Below are positions 10,807-21,831 of a DNA stretch of 64,000 nucleotides, piece by piece (within the stretch, counting starts at the first letter, position 1; every line of letters begins with the position of its first letter). This stretch comes from Paramoeba atlantica (Eukaryota > Protista > Discosea), in assembly GCA_977017575.1 (NCBI GenBank), contig CDRNVI010000002.1, positions 558,001-622,000 of the forward strand. Direction: 5' to 3'. The position numbers were made by a program, and so were the translations under genes. The notes under the pieces were generated by a model. That model saw only the letters and a program-made list of their open reading frames with translations, did not search any database and had not been told where the DNA came from.

Positions 10807-11540
10807 GGCCAAGCTCAGATTCGCAGCCATGGCTGTCGAATCGTATGGATCTTGGTCCCCAAGCGCTATGGCCGTCATTCGAGATTTATCGGTCAACCGG
10901 TCACTCCAATCCGCGAACCTATCCAAAGCAGACGCATTACACGCACTGTTAACTGCCCTGAACATTACCTTGATGAGATCACAAGCGCGAATGATGGTGC
11001 TGCGCTCTCCTCCCACCCCCGATTCAGACCTCGTAGGCTACGGCTCCGAGCTTTGAGAACTACGTGATTCTCGCCCCCCCCCCCATTCACCAGCCTGAAC
11101 CCGTCGGGTGTTGGTCGAGTCGGCAGGACCTATACTCACACCTAGCCCCCGTCGGCTAGGTACCCCAAGTGAGGTAGTGCCCGGGGAGGGGACCCTGCCC
11201 CTCCTCGTCGGCCACCACCTGGTTCTGTGACTGTTCCGCTGCCGGCGTAGGCCCATTGCTTGCGCCCTCTCGTACAACAAGAGCAGGGTTACCAAGGCAA
11301 GCTGGGAGAGGCCGAAAGACCCGGTCCAGAACACGTAAGGAAGGTTTTCCCTGGGCCGACTCCTAGCAAAAGCGCAGGGAGTCCTCAACCTCCCCAATGA
11401 GTTTGGAAGTCGAGTGAGGAAAGCGAAGGGAAGTAAAGGAAAGGAACGAAAAGGAAAAGCAAAGGGAGGTAAAGAAAGGGAGGTAAAGGAAGTGAAAGGA
11501 AAGAAAGAAGTCGTGAAAAAAAAAAAAAAAAAAAAAAAAA

Positions 11541-11994
11541 CCCAAGTGAGGTAGTACACGGGTAGTGAATCTCCTCCCCGTCGGCCAGCATCCTGTTTCG
11601 TGACCGTGTCGCTGTCGACACAGGCCCGCGCCTGCGCCCTCCCACATAACAAGGGAAGGGTTCACAAGTCAGGCCGTGGAGAGGTCGAAAGACCCGGTCC
11701 GGAACGCGCGAATGGATTGGGTCTGGATTGCTTGTTTTTATTTTTACTGTGTCTTGTTTGTCGTATATACTTAGGGGAGATTGAATTGCTAGTTTTGGGC
11801 TGAGAAAAAAGAAAAAGAAAATATACTTCTGTGGAAATAAAAAGAATTGCTAATTTGATTGCTTGTTTTAAATTCATATACCCCCCTAATGGACCTACTA
11901 TGTACTTGGTTCGTCTACTGGGTCAAAATATAGAGGCAATGCCGCGTTTCATACTTCTCCCCCCTTATTAATCGAAAAAAAAAAAAAAAAAAAA
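11541..11994 (+). mobile_element. Tail-only group-A copy
   Basis: Common 3' UTR starting inside the structured core, with A-tracts on both sides. Confidence 0.9.
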
Positions 11995-12272
11995 TTCGTA
12001 TTCGCTCTATTACAGCAATCTCTTCTTCACTTGGTTCGCCTTCTTCTTCTTTAGTGTCGGTCTCAAAGGAAAATTCTTCCACGGCATCATCGGATTCAAT
12101 ATTTATGTTGTCGACATTTACTTCAGGTTCTTGAGGAGAGATGTCAGGATCCATATTAGAACCATTTTTTTTGTCCAAACCATGTGCCTTGCAAATCTAA
12201 TCCTCTCGAAAATAAATTTATATTTCTTTTTTCAAACATGAGAATTTATGATTGACCCATCAAAAGAAGCTC

Positions 12273-12363
12273 TGTCAACGTTCAACACCCAATTCTGAGA
12301 ATAGTGACCAATAAAGATCATTTTCCGTGTCAACGTTCAACACCCTATTCTCAGAATAGTGAC
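12273..12363 (+). repeat. 36-bp direct repeat (12273-12308 and 12328-12363)
   Basis: TGTCAACGTTCAACACCC(A/T)ATTCT(G/C)AGAATAGTGAC, 2 mismatches. Confidence 0.9.
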
Positions 12364-12367
12364 TTTC

Positions 12368-12438
12368 ACTGTAGTCCAGTTGGTAAAGGGGTTCTATTTT
12401 GACGCTGGACGGCCGCGGTTCGGTTCCCGACACCGACA
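12368..12438 (+). pseudogene. Degenerate tRNA-like sequence (A-box/B-box-like)
   Basis: TAGTCCAGTTGG at 12372-12383 and GGTTCGGTTCC at 12417-12427, with tRNA-like spacing. Acceptor and anticodon stems do not pair properly. Confidence 0.3.
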
Positions 12439-12861
12439 TTTTACTAATAAAAATGAAAAAAAAATTGCTCAAGTTCGCAAAAAAAAACAATTTCGGAACG
12501 ATTTTTTTTTATTTTTTTTCTCGAAAAAGTGGCCAGCTGGTCACCAAAAACACGGTTTGCTTTTTGTAAACCGTTACCCCCCCTTACTTCGCCTCCCCCC
12601 TTACTTTACCACATTTAGTCACTGGACGTGTGGTGAAGTAAGGGGGGTGTCAGATTTTTCTCCAGACAACTTACCACCTCTTTACACACCCGGAGGGCTG
12701 CACTGCAACCGACTGTTGCATCGGGGTAAGGCGAGGCAGGGCCACGCCCAGTGGTCTTCAAAGGGGGGGACATAGATGGCGCACAAAGATCGATGCACAA
12801 AGGTTCTTTGTGCAACTTTCTTGGTGAAGACGACGCCGTCATACCGGGATTTTAAACCACA

Positions 12862-12938
12862 GTCAAAATATAGAGGCAATGCCGCGATTCATACTTCTCC
12901 CCCCTTATTAATTGCAAAAAAAAAAAAAAAAAAAAAAA
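12862..12938 (+). mobile_element. Very short tail-only group-A copy
   Basis: Last ~54 nt of the common 3' UTR plus A23. Confidence 0.85.
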
Positions 12939-12939
12939 C

Positions 12940-12975
12940 CTTTAACGATAAAGATACAGTTTCTGTACCTTGTTG
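12940..12975 (+). other. Spliced-leader (mini-exon)-like sequence at 5' end of CRE A3
   Basis: CTTTAACGATAAAGATACAGTTTCTGTACCTTGTTG contains the ACAGTTTCTGTAC core of kinetoplastid/diplonemid SL exons and ends in TTG. No GT intron follows. Confidence 0.8.
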
Positions 12976-13012
12976 ATTTTTCTTTCTCTTTATTGCTTAC
13001 TAGGGTCGCACC

Positions 13013-16000
13013 ATGCCGCCCGATGATTCCTTTGATGCCAACGCGTTACCAATGGATGATGACTCTTTTCGCCAGGAACAAATGTCACACAAACCCGGAG
13101 ATTGGGACCAATTCGCAGGAAACGCTCACCTGATTTCCGGCCAAAGCACCTACAATGAACTTTTGTATACGACACCTATCCCCGAAAACGTACCTAAACA
13201 CTGGACCGAAAGAGCCTACAAGATCGCGGCAGAGGAGCCTACACCGGACACAGGCAGAATGACCGCGGACGAAGAGACAAATCACTCCCTTGTCGTGGCA
13301 AACAACGTGGGAATTACTTTGGAGGCCTCATCCGCCCACATTTTCTCTCCAACTAAGGCTACAAAGCGCAAGAATACTGATTCTGCCCCTACCACATACC
13401 ACAACGCCAATACGCAGCAGAAGGATGTAGAACGTCAATGCCCAGCAGAAGGATGTACGTGGAAAACCCCACCACATAGCGGAAAATGGCAGGCATTTTA
13501 TCACCATGTAGCTCATCGACACGGCAAAAACATTCCAAACGAGTGGTGGGAGGGAGAGGGAAGATTCCTCTGCAGAGATTGTGGCAGACACTACGCCAAG
13601 AACAAGCTCAAGTCTCACCCCAAAAACTGCAGGGGCCGCAACAATTCCGGACGGTCATTAGCCCCACCAACGGCACGTCCCCAAAACGCAGAAGAAAATC
13701 CAACAGACAATTTGCCATCACTCGGCTCCATCTGCGCACTTCCCATGAGTACCTGCAAAGACGTTCCACACTGTTGCAGATTCCTCTGGGCGAGCATCCT
13801 CACGCAATCCTTGACATCCGCAGTGAAGGAAAACACGGTAGAGGCATGGACACTTCTCGCAATGCTCCCTAAGTGTGTCCTACCAGCACCTTTCCGAGGC
13901 GGTCGCAAAGGCCACACATCATACTCTACGTACGTCGAAAACCGCATGAAACTGTGGCTAGCGGGGGAGTACCTCTTGCTATGGGAAGATGCCCAGAGGG
14001 ATCATTATAAAAAGCGCTCCAGATCACGCGACTCCGAAATCGATGCAGACAGAGCGGCAATTCGAGCCGAACTCTTGGCCCGCCAGGGGGAATTTTCCAG
14101 GGGAATGGCAGCCCTAACCGCAGCCCCCATGGCGCCAGACAATGCAGATACCCTCGAAAAGCTCTTGGAGAAGCATCCAGACCCACACGAAAATCCCTTG
14201 CAGAATGATCTACCACCGATCGAGGGCAACCCCCTACACCTAGAGGAAACAGAGGTCAAAAAAGCGATCGTCAGCTTCCGCAGGGGATCTTCAGCCGGCA
14301 CGATGGGCCTTCGCCCAGAGCACCTCCAGGCAGCCATCTTGGAACATGTGGACAAGGATGTGAATCCTCTCTCGGCCCTCACGCGACTAGTGAACCACAT
14401 GCTTCAAGGAAAAGCGCCACAAGACGTCCAATCATTCTACGCTGGAGCCCGGCTCTGCGCCCTGGAAAAAGGCGAGGACGATGTTCGACCAATCGCAGCG
14501 GGTGAAACCCTTAGACGCCTCGTAAGCAAGGCGGCATGTATCTCGATAAAGGAGAAAGCGGGTACTCTGTTCAACGGGCGACAATATGGTGTAGCAGCCC
14601 CCGCGGGAGCCGAACGAGTTATCCACCTCTGCCGGAGAGCCATGCTCAATAACCTGGGGAGTGACAATTTTGTCTTCTGCAAAGTGGACTTAAGAAACGC
14701 TTTCAATAACGTCAGCAGGCCTGTTCTCACCCTAACCACGCGCTTAAATTTCCCCGAACTCTCACCTTGGGTAGAGTGGTGTTACTCCAACGTGAGCTGT
14801 CTTACCTACAGAGACAATGTCATACCCTCGGCAGAGGGGGTACAACAAGGAGACCCACTAGGCCCTCTTCTCTTCTCTCTAGTACTATCCAGTGTAACAG
14901 AAGAAATATCGTCTCGGTCGAATCTAGACACTCAACTTTGGTACCTAGATGACGGGGTACTCATAGGGGAGGCTGAGGAGGTCAGGAAGGCGCTCGATGT
15001 TTTTTCCAATGTTGGCTCCCGATGCGGACTTTTCCTAAACCCATCGAAATGTGAGATAATAACACCGCCTGCTTCATCCCATCTCACAGGATTATTTCCA
15101 GAGATACCGAAGACTAAAACTCGTACTGATGGAAATTTCGACATCTTGGGCTCCCCGATTGGGTCAGCGGAGCATTGCGTGGAGTTTCTCAGGTCAGAAG
15201 CCATTGAGCCCGCACGCGAAACATTAGACGCAATAGGTTTCATAGGAGACCCACAAGTAGCCATGTCCCTCATCCGGCAGTGCACTGGATTCTGTCAAAT
15301 GGTCTACGCACTTCGCACGACACCCCCTCAGGCGCTTTCTGAGCTTTGTAATTCCCTTGATGAAAATGTTCTAAAAGCCGCGGAATGGGCACTTTTCCCT
15401 CTGGATTCCCACGCGCGTGACCAAATCCAACGTAAGAAGCGCAACGGGGGTTTTGGTCTCAGGTCTTCGCTCCTCCACGCAACAGCAGCATATGTCTCCT
15501 CCGTTGCGCACGCCGCCGATGCAGACGATTGGGACCCTTCAGAAGCCGAGGGATTCACCATTTCCGTGCAAGACGTGAATAGAAAGGCGGGGGTAGAACT
15601 TGTGGATCCCGGTACAGGACGCATCCCGAAACAGAATAAACCACATCCAGAGTCCAGCCAAAGACACAACCTCACCTCGAGAAGCAAACGCCCACGACAC
15701 ATACTCAACAACATGGACGCGGATAAGACGGCCGAGCCGGAAATGGTTATACCCCGGCAGCAGCAACTGAGCCAAGCCATATCGCAGCAGGAATTCACTA
15801 CAGCCTACGGCCAGGCCGACCCCCGCACCCGAGCACGATGGGTTTCACAGTCAGGAAAGGGAGCTGGGAGCTGGGCCTTCGTCACGCCCTCAAGGAGTAA
15901 AGGTTTTGCTTTCACACCAACCGAGTTCCGCACGTTATCGCGCTGGTGGTTTGGCATGGACATTTATGGCCAAGACCGCCCCTGCACAGCAAACGGGTGT

Positions 16001-16603
16001 TCCCTACCCCTACAGAAAAATGGGGAGCATGCATTATTGTGCAAGAACGGACATGGCCTCATCACGCGGCACAATGCGCTTTGTGTAGAATTCGCCTCCT
16101 TTTGCAGCAAGGCCAACATGGCTCCCCAGCGAGAAAAAAGTCTAGGAAATCGGGGGCCAGGAGGGGGTCTCACCAGACCGGCTGACGTTTTCCTCCCCAC
16201 GTACACTCTAGGGAAAGGCATGGTACTAGACTTCGCAGTCACCCACGCACAGCAAACAAAGTATTTGGACTCTGTCCGGAATGCTAGCTGGGTGGCTGCA
16301 GGGTCTTTCGCCGAGCATTACTCAGAAACGAAGGAAAAACAACGTCAAGAAGCAGAAGAAGCACAACTAGGGTTCACGGCCATGGTTGTCGAGTCTTTTG
16401 GCTCGTGGAGTAAAAGCGCAATGGCGGTCTTATGGAAGGTGGGAGCACTGCGCGCCAACTCGTCAAAAGGTCTTCTCACGGATGCTCAAGCCCGAAATGA
16501 CCTTCTGAAAGAGCTTAACGTCACACTCATGCGCTCTCAGGCCCGCATGATGGTCTCCCGGATAGTCGTCAGTGACCCCCAAGCTCCCCTGGAAGGGGAG
16601 TAG
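13013..16603 (+). CDS. 1196-aa CRE polyprotein: two N-terminal zinc fingers, RT, zinc knuckle, RLE
   Basis: CPAEGC..HVAHRH, CRDC..H..C, GVQQGDPLGP, WYLDDG, CTANGC..HALLC, RPADVF, LDFAVT, VESFG. Confidence 0.93.
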   Translation: MPPDDSFDANALPMDDDSFRQEQMSHKPGDWDQFAGNAHLISGQSTYNELLYTTPIPENVPKHWTERAYKIAAEEPTPDTGRMTADEETNHSLVVANNVGITLEASSAHIFSPTKATKRKNTDSAPTTYHNANTQQKDVERQCPAEGCTWKTPPHSGKWQAFYHHVAHRHGKNIPNEWWEGEGRFLCRDCGRHYAKNKLKSHPKNCRGRNNSGRSLAPPTARPQNAEENPTDNLPSLGSICALPMSTCKDVPHCCRFLWASILTQSLTSAVKENTVEAWTLLAMLPKCVLPAPFRGGRKGHTSYSTYVENRMKLWLAGEYLLLWEDAQRDHYKKRSRSRDSEIDADRAAIRAELLARQGEFSRGMAALTAAPMAPDNADTLEKLLEKHPDPHENPLQNDLPPIEGNPLHLEETEVKKAIVSFRRGSSAGTMGLRPEHLQAAILEHVDKDVNPLSALTRLVNHMLQGKAPQDVQSFYAGARLCALEKGEDDVRPIAAGETLRRLVSKAACISIKEKAGTLFNGRQYGVAAPAGAERVIHLCRRAMLNNLGSDNFVFCKVDLRNAFNNVSRPVLTLTTRLNFPELSPWVEWCYSNVSCLTYRDNVIPSAEGVQQGDPLGPLLFSLVLSSVTEEISSRSNLDTQLWYLDDGVLIGEAEEVRKALDVFSNVGSRCGLFLNPSKCEIITPPASSHLTGLFPEIPKTKTRTDGNFDILGSPIGSAEHCVEFLRSEAIEPARETLDAIGFIGDPQVAMSLIRQCTGFCQMVYALRTTPPQALSELCNSLDENVLKAAEWALFPLDSHARDQIQRKKRNGGFGLRSSLLHATAAYVSSVAHAADADDWDPSEAEGFTISVQDVNRKAGVELVDPGTGRIPKQNKPHPESSQRHNLTSRSKRPRHILNNMDADKTAEPEMVIPRQQQLSQAISQQEFTTAYGQADPRTRARWVSQSGKGAGSWAFVTPSRSKGFAFTPTEFRTLSRWWFGMDIYGQDRPCTANGCSLPLQKNGEHALLCKNGHGLITRHNALCVEFASFCSKANMAPQREKSLGNRGPGGGLTRPADVFLPTYTLGKGMVLDFAVTHAQQTKYLDSVRNASWVAAGSFAEHYSETKEKQRQEAEEAQLGFTAMVVESFGSWSKSAMAVLWKVGALRANSSKGLLTDAQARNDLLKELNVTLMRSQARMMVSRIVVSDPQAPLEGE

Positions 16604-17160
16604 GGCCCACAGGCATGGTCCTCTAGGGTAACAAGACGATTAGGGTGCTGGTCGCGTCGACAGAGTCTATACTCACGCCTAGCTCGCGAGGGCTAGGTAC
16701 CCCAAGTGAGGTAGTACACGGGCAGTGAATCTCCTCCCCGTCGGCCAGCATCCTGTTTCGCGACCGTGTCGCTGTCGACACAGGCCCGCGCCTGCGCCCT
16801 CCCATATAACAAGGGAAGGGTTCACAAGTCAGGCCGTGGAGTGGTCGAAAGACCCGGTCCGGAACGCGCGAATGGATTGGGTCTGGATTGCTCGTTTTTA
16901 TTTTTACTGTGCCTTGTTTGTCGTATATACTTAGCGGAGATTGAATTGCTAGTTTTGGGCTGAGAAAAAAAAAGAAAAAAAAAAGAAGAAGAAAAAAGAA
17001 AAAGAAAATATACTTCTGTGGAAATAAAAAGAATTGCCAATTTGATTGCTTGTTTTAAATTCATATACCCCCCTAATGGACCTACTATGTACTTGGTTCG
17101 TCTACTGGGTCAAAATATAGAGGCAATGCCGCGATTCATACTTCTCCCCCCTTATTAGTT

Positions 17161-17194
<34 letters not shown>

Positions 17195-17196
<2 letters not shown>

Positions 17197-17949
17197 CAAC
17201 AAGGCACGAATGCTTGTAAGACGCATGGCAGACGTGGATATCCATGCCAGTCTCGCTTTACTGAACGAGGCACCCTCTGACACCACACCAAATCGTGCCA
17301 GCTGCGGACCGGCAGGAGCGATCGAGCCTACAGTGCCTATTCTCACGCTTCGCCTTCGTGAGTGAGGTACCCCAAGGTGAGATAGGTAGGGATTCGGACT
17401 GACAGTCCTATTTCAGCACGAAGACGCCATGGTATCCAGGACGGGTGCTGGTCGGGTCGACAGAGTCTATACTCACGCCTAGCCCGCGAGGGCTAGGTAC
17501 CCCAAGTGAGGTAGTACACGGGTAGTGAATCTCCTCCCCGTCGGCCAGCATCCTGTTTCGTGACCGTGTCGCTGTCGACACAGGCCCGCGCCTGCGCCCT
17601 CCCATATAGCAAGGGAAGGGTTCACAAGTCAGGCCGTGGAGTGGTCGAAAGACCCGGTCCGGAACGCGCGAATGGATTGGGTCTGTATTGCTTGTTTTAG
17701 TTTTTACTGTTTCTTGTTTGTAGTATATACTTAGGGGAGATTAAATTGCTAGTTTTGGGCTGAGAAAAAACAAAAGGTACATCTGTGGAAACACAAAGAT
17801 TTGCTAATTTGATTGCTTGTTTTCAACTCGTATACCCCCCCAATGGACCTACTTGGTTCGTCTACTGGGTCAAAATATAGAGGCAATGCCGCGATTCATA
17901 CTTCTCCCCCCTTATTAACTGCAAAAAAAAAAAAAAAAAAAAAAAAAAA
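17195..17949 (+). mobile_element. Chimeric truncated copy: last codons and start of 3' UTR of another group-A family (17195-17400) joined to the A4 tail
   Basis: KARMLVRR matches the QARMLVRR C-terminus. Variant GGTACCCCAAGGTGAGATAG. 17398 onward matches 21838 onward. Confidence 0.75.
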
Positions 17950-17985
17950 CTTTAACGATGAAGATACAGTTTCTGTACCTTGTTG
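17950..17985 (+). other. SL exon-like sequence at 5' end of CRE A4
   Basis: One A>G difference from 12940-12975. Confidence 0.8.
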
Positions 17986-18031
17986 AATTATTTTCTTTAT
18001 TTCATCTTTTCCAGGTACGCGGTTCTTTCTC

Positions 18032-21000
18032 ATGTCTGAAGACGATCTTCTCAAAGCCTCACCTCCGCCGATGGACGACGATTCATTTTTACAAGAGGAA
18101 GCAGTACACAATAGAGGATCCTGGGACCAGTTTGCTGGAAACGCACATCTCATTAAGCAACGGAGTACGTACAACGAATTGCTCTACACGACCCCTATTC
18201 CTGCGAACATTCCGGAAGAATGGAACATGAACGCCGCCTTGATCTCAACTGAGAACCAGACACGTGATACGGGACAGGTAGATAGTAGCGATGAGGAAAC
18301 AAACCACTCACGAGTCATCAGATTACATCATGGACACCAAAAAATGCAATCTGATAGTAACACTATCACTAAAAAGTTTACTCGATGCCAACCATCTTCC
18401 ACACCCCCAAGCGTCAAAGGGAATCGGGGAATCGTAAAGTCTCATCGAAAAGCGCGCGAACCAGCTACACCTCGAAAAGGGGAAGCGACGGAACATAACC
18501 CCGAAAACAACTCTCCACGCCAAATAATACAAGGAACTTCCCTTGAAATCCCACCTTCGACGAGCGAACCAGTTCTCACGTTTCCATCTTCCCAAAACCG
18601 TCCGACACAAAGGGAGTGCCCCGCAGAAAACTGTATTTGGAAAACTCGTGCCCATGGAGGTCAATGGCAGTCGTACTACAACCACGTTGCTTACCGACAC
18701 GGAAATAACATACCCAATGACTGGTGGACAAAGGAAGGACGATTTCTCTGCGACGCATGCGGTCGTCATTACGATATTAGCAAGAAAACTTCTCATTTGA
18801 ATCATTGTAAAATGCAATCTACACCGCCCTCCTCGCAGCCGCCCTCACAACCACAGCAGCCTTCACAGCTGTCAGAGTCCGGAGAAGCCATGTACGATAT
18901 GCAAGGTACGCATAGTCTACCGTCCCTAGAGGAAGTTTGCACGACCCAAATAAGCACGTGCAAGGATGTCCCACACCGATGTCGATATCTGTGGACCAGA
19001 ATTTTTACCGCAGCCCTCTCCACCGCGGTAAACGAAAACTCACTGAGAGCCTGGACCCTTCTTGCCTTGCTTCCGAAATGCGTCCTACCAGCCCCGTACC
19101 GAGGAGGCCGTAAAGCTCACAAGTCCTATACCTCCTACATCTCAAAGCGAATGGAACTTTGGATACAAGGCCAATATACCACCCTATGGGCCCAAGCAAA
19201 TTCGGAGCATGACAGGAAGCGCTCAAAAGTGCCGAATAATGAGATTGAGGGTGAAGAAGACAAGGCTGCAATACGGGCTGAAATTCTGGTTCGCCAAGGA
19301 GAATTTTCCCGAGGCATGGCTGCCCTTACTGCAGCTCCACTTGCACCATACAGCGAGGAAACCCTGCTAAAGCTGCAGGAAAAACACCCCAGCCCCCATG
19401 GTAATCCGATCTCGTGCCCCCTACCTCCCCTGGAAGAAGAAGCTTTAAAACTGGACGAATCCGAGGTAAGAAAAGCAGTAGATACCTTCCGTCGCGGATC
19501 CTCTGCTGGGACTATGGGGCTCCGGCCTGAACACCTCCAAACAGCGCTTCAAGAGCACGTCGACCAGAATATGAATCCTCTTACGACGCTCACTTCCTTC
19601 GTAAACCATCTTCTAGCTGGCAAAGCCCCAGACGAAGTGCAACCTTTTTTTGCAGGGGCACGGCTATGCGCACTCGAAAAAGGGGAAGATGACGTGCGGC
19701 CTATCGCTGCGGGGGAAACCCTTAGACGCCTGGTGAGCAAGGCAGTATGCCTTTCGATAAAAGAAAAAGCAGGATCCTTCTTTGGACGTCGTCAATACGG
19801 AGTCGCAGCGTCTGCTGGGGCGGAAAGAGTGATACACCTTTGTCGCCGTCTAATGAGAAATAATGAAGAAAATGAGAACATAACGTTCTGTAAGGTGGAT
19901 CTTCGGAACGCCTTTAATAACGTGAGCCGACCCGTCTTCATCTTCCTCACACGAAAGCATTTCCCTGAACTATCCCCATGGGTAGAATGGTGTTATGCCA
20001 ATCATAGCTGTCTTACATTCGGCGATGATTTTATCCCCTCGGCAGAAGGAGTGCAACAAGGAGACCCTCTGGGCCCACTCCTCTTCTCTTTGGTGTTAGC
20101 AGAGGTAACAGAAGAAATTGCATCAAATTCTAACCTACGAACACAATTATGGTATTTAGATGACGGTGTGCTTGTAGGTGATCCCAAAGAAGTCCGTAAA
20201 GCCCTAGACGTCCTCGACGAGATAGGACCGAAGTGGGGACTCTTCCTGAATCTCTCCAAGTGCGAGATCATTACCCCCCCAGCATCAGCTCATACATCCG
20301 TTTTCTTTCCTGACATCCCCAGTGATAAAATACGGTACGACGGGAACTTCGACATTCTTGGAAGCCCAATAGGCTCTGCGGAACACTGTGCGGAGTTTCT
20401 CATGACACACGCGATTGAACCAGCCCGCGAAACATTAGAAGCTACTGCTGTGTTAGAAGATCCCCAAATAGCTCTCGCACTAATACGGCAATGTTCGGGG
20501 TTTTGTCAGATGGTGTACGCACTGCGCACGACTCCTCCCCAAGCCCTTGGAGAATTATGCCAAAAACTTGACTCTCATCTAGTCCAGGCCGTGGAGCACG
20601 CAATTTCTCCCTTAGGCGTCGCCGCTCGCGACCAAATACAACGACCAAAACGCCACGGCGGGTTCGGACTTCGCTCATCAATTCTCCACCAGTCAGCAGC
20701 CTACGTTTCTTCCGTCGCGCACGCCGCTAGCTTGGACAACTGGGACCCCACAGAAGCTGAGGGATTTTCCAGCTCAGCACATGACATAAATGACAAAGTT
20801 GGGACTGATCTGGTTGATCCATACACTGGACGCATTACCAAACCTAGCGTGCCTGGTTAATATCATGCAAATCGGAGCATCCTTTCCCGCCCAGCGAAAA
20901 GAAAACTCGCACTATCCCTCAATCACTCCCTTCTCCCGGTCTCGACGGATCAGGAAAAGATCATCCCGAGGCAAAAACATCTCAGCCAAGCTATCTCGGA

Positions 21001-21831
21001 TAGGGAATTTCAAACGGCATATTCAAAGGCAGACGCAAGAACGCGGGCGCGATGGATCTCGCAGTCCGGAAGAGGGGCCGGAAACTGGGCTTTCGCAACT
21101 CCCTCCAAGACCAGAGGCTACGCTTTCACTCACACGGAGTTTCGTACCCTAACACGCTGGTGGCTAGGCATGGACGTCTTCCCCGAAGATCGGCCTTGCC
21201 CAGCTGACGGGTGCACCCTTCCCTTGCTCAAGAATGGAGAGCACGCTTTGCTCTGCAAGAACGGCCATGGTATCATCTCACGGCACAACGCTCTGGCCCA
21301 ACAATTTACATCGTTCTGCAGCAGAGCCTTCCTGGCGCCACAGAGAGAGAAGAGTTTGGGAAATCGGGGTCCTGGGGGGCTCTCACGAGACCAGCGGACG
21401 TATTTCTGCCAACGGCCTCCATCGCCAAAGGATCTTTAGCGCAAGGCATGGTCCTAGATTTTGCGGTCACTCACGCACAGCAAACAAAGTATTCGGACTC
21501 AGTCCACAATGCTAGCTGGGTGACCCCGGGGTCTTTTGCTGAGCACTTCGCGGAGACCAAGGCGCGACAGCGACAAGAAGCAGAAAAAGCAGGACATCTC
21601 TTCACAGCGATGGTGGTGGAATCCTTTGGTTCCTGGAGCGAGAGTGCGCTAGCGTTACTCCGGGACATCGGAACCCAACGGGCGAATGCGTCCAAAGGGC
21701 TCCTTTCACGAGACCAAGCGCGAAACGATCTCCTAACGGATCTGAACGTGACGCTAATGCGTTCTCAAGCCAGGATGATGGTTTCGCGCATCCGCGTAGA
21801 GGACCCAGCGGATCCTTTGGTAGAGGCTTAA
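18032..21831 (+). pseudogene. CRE A4 polyprotein with an in-frame TAA (20858-20860) and a 1-nt frameshift near 21380
   Basis: Homology to 13013-16603 continues in frame past the TAA. RPADVF reappears in another frame after the G-run near 21380. Confidence 0.88.

Larger units (their letters stand above)
3403..11540 (+). mobile_element. 5'-truncated CRE family A2 copy, split at 6030/10807 by an RTE-like insertion
   Basis: RT and RLE motifs. The sequence resumes after the TSD exactly as in the uninterrupted copy at 541-1265. Confidence 0.92.
12940..17194 (+). mobile_element. Full-length, apparently intact CRE-clade element, family A3
   Basis: SL head, polyY-AG, single ORF, common 3' UTR, A32. 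Confidence 0.93.

Noticed and set aside
12000-12861. piggyBac left end
   Set aside because: No TTAA-CCC terminus and no transposase motif visible; kept only as an unassigned segment.
12940-12975. Functional SL RNA genes
   Set aside because: None of the five exon copies is followed by a GT donor or intron, or preceded by a common promoter; three are preceded directly by poly(A).
14005-15798. Many 60-170-aa ORFs antisense to or overlapping RT genes throughout the window
   Set aside because: No motifs, and not conserved between sister families, unlike the -1 frame in the YR elements.
20858-20860. Reassigned stop codons (in-frame TAA here, TAG at 35545)
   Set aside because: Isolated single lesions. 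The TAG aligns with Gln/Glu codons in sister copies, and homologous ORFs end normally at TAA, TAG and TGA.
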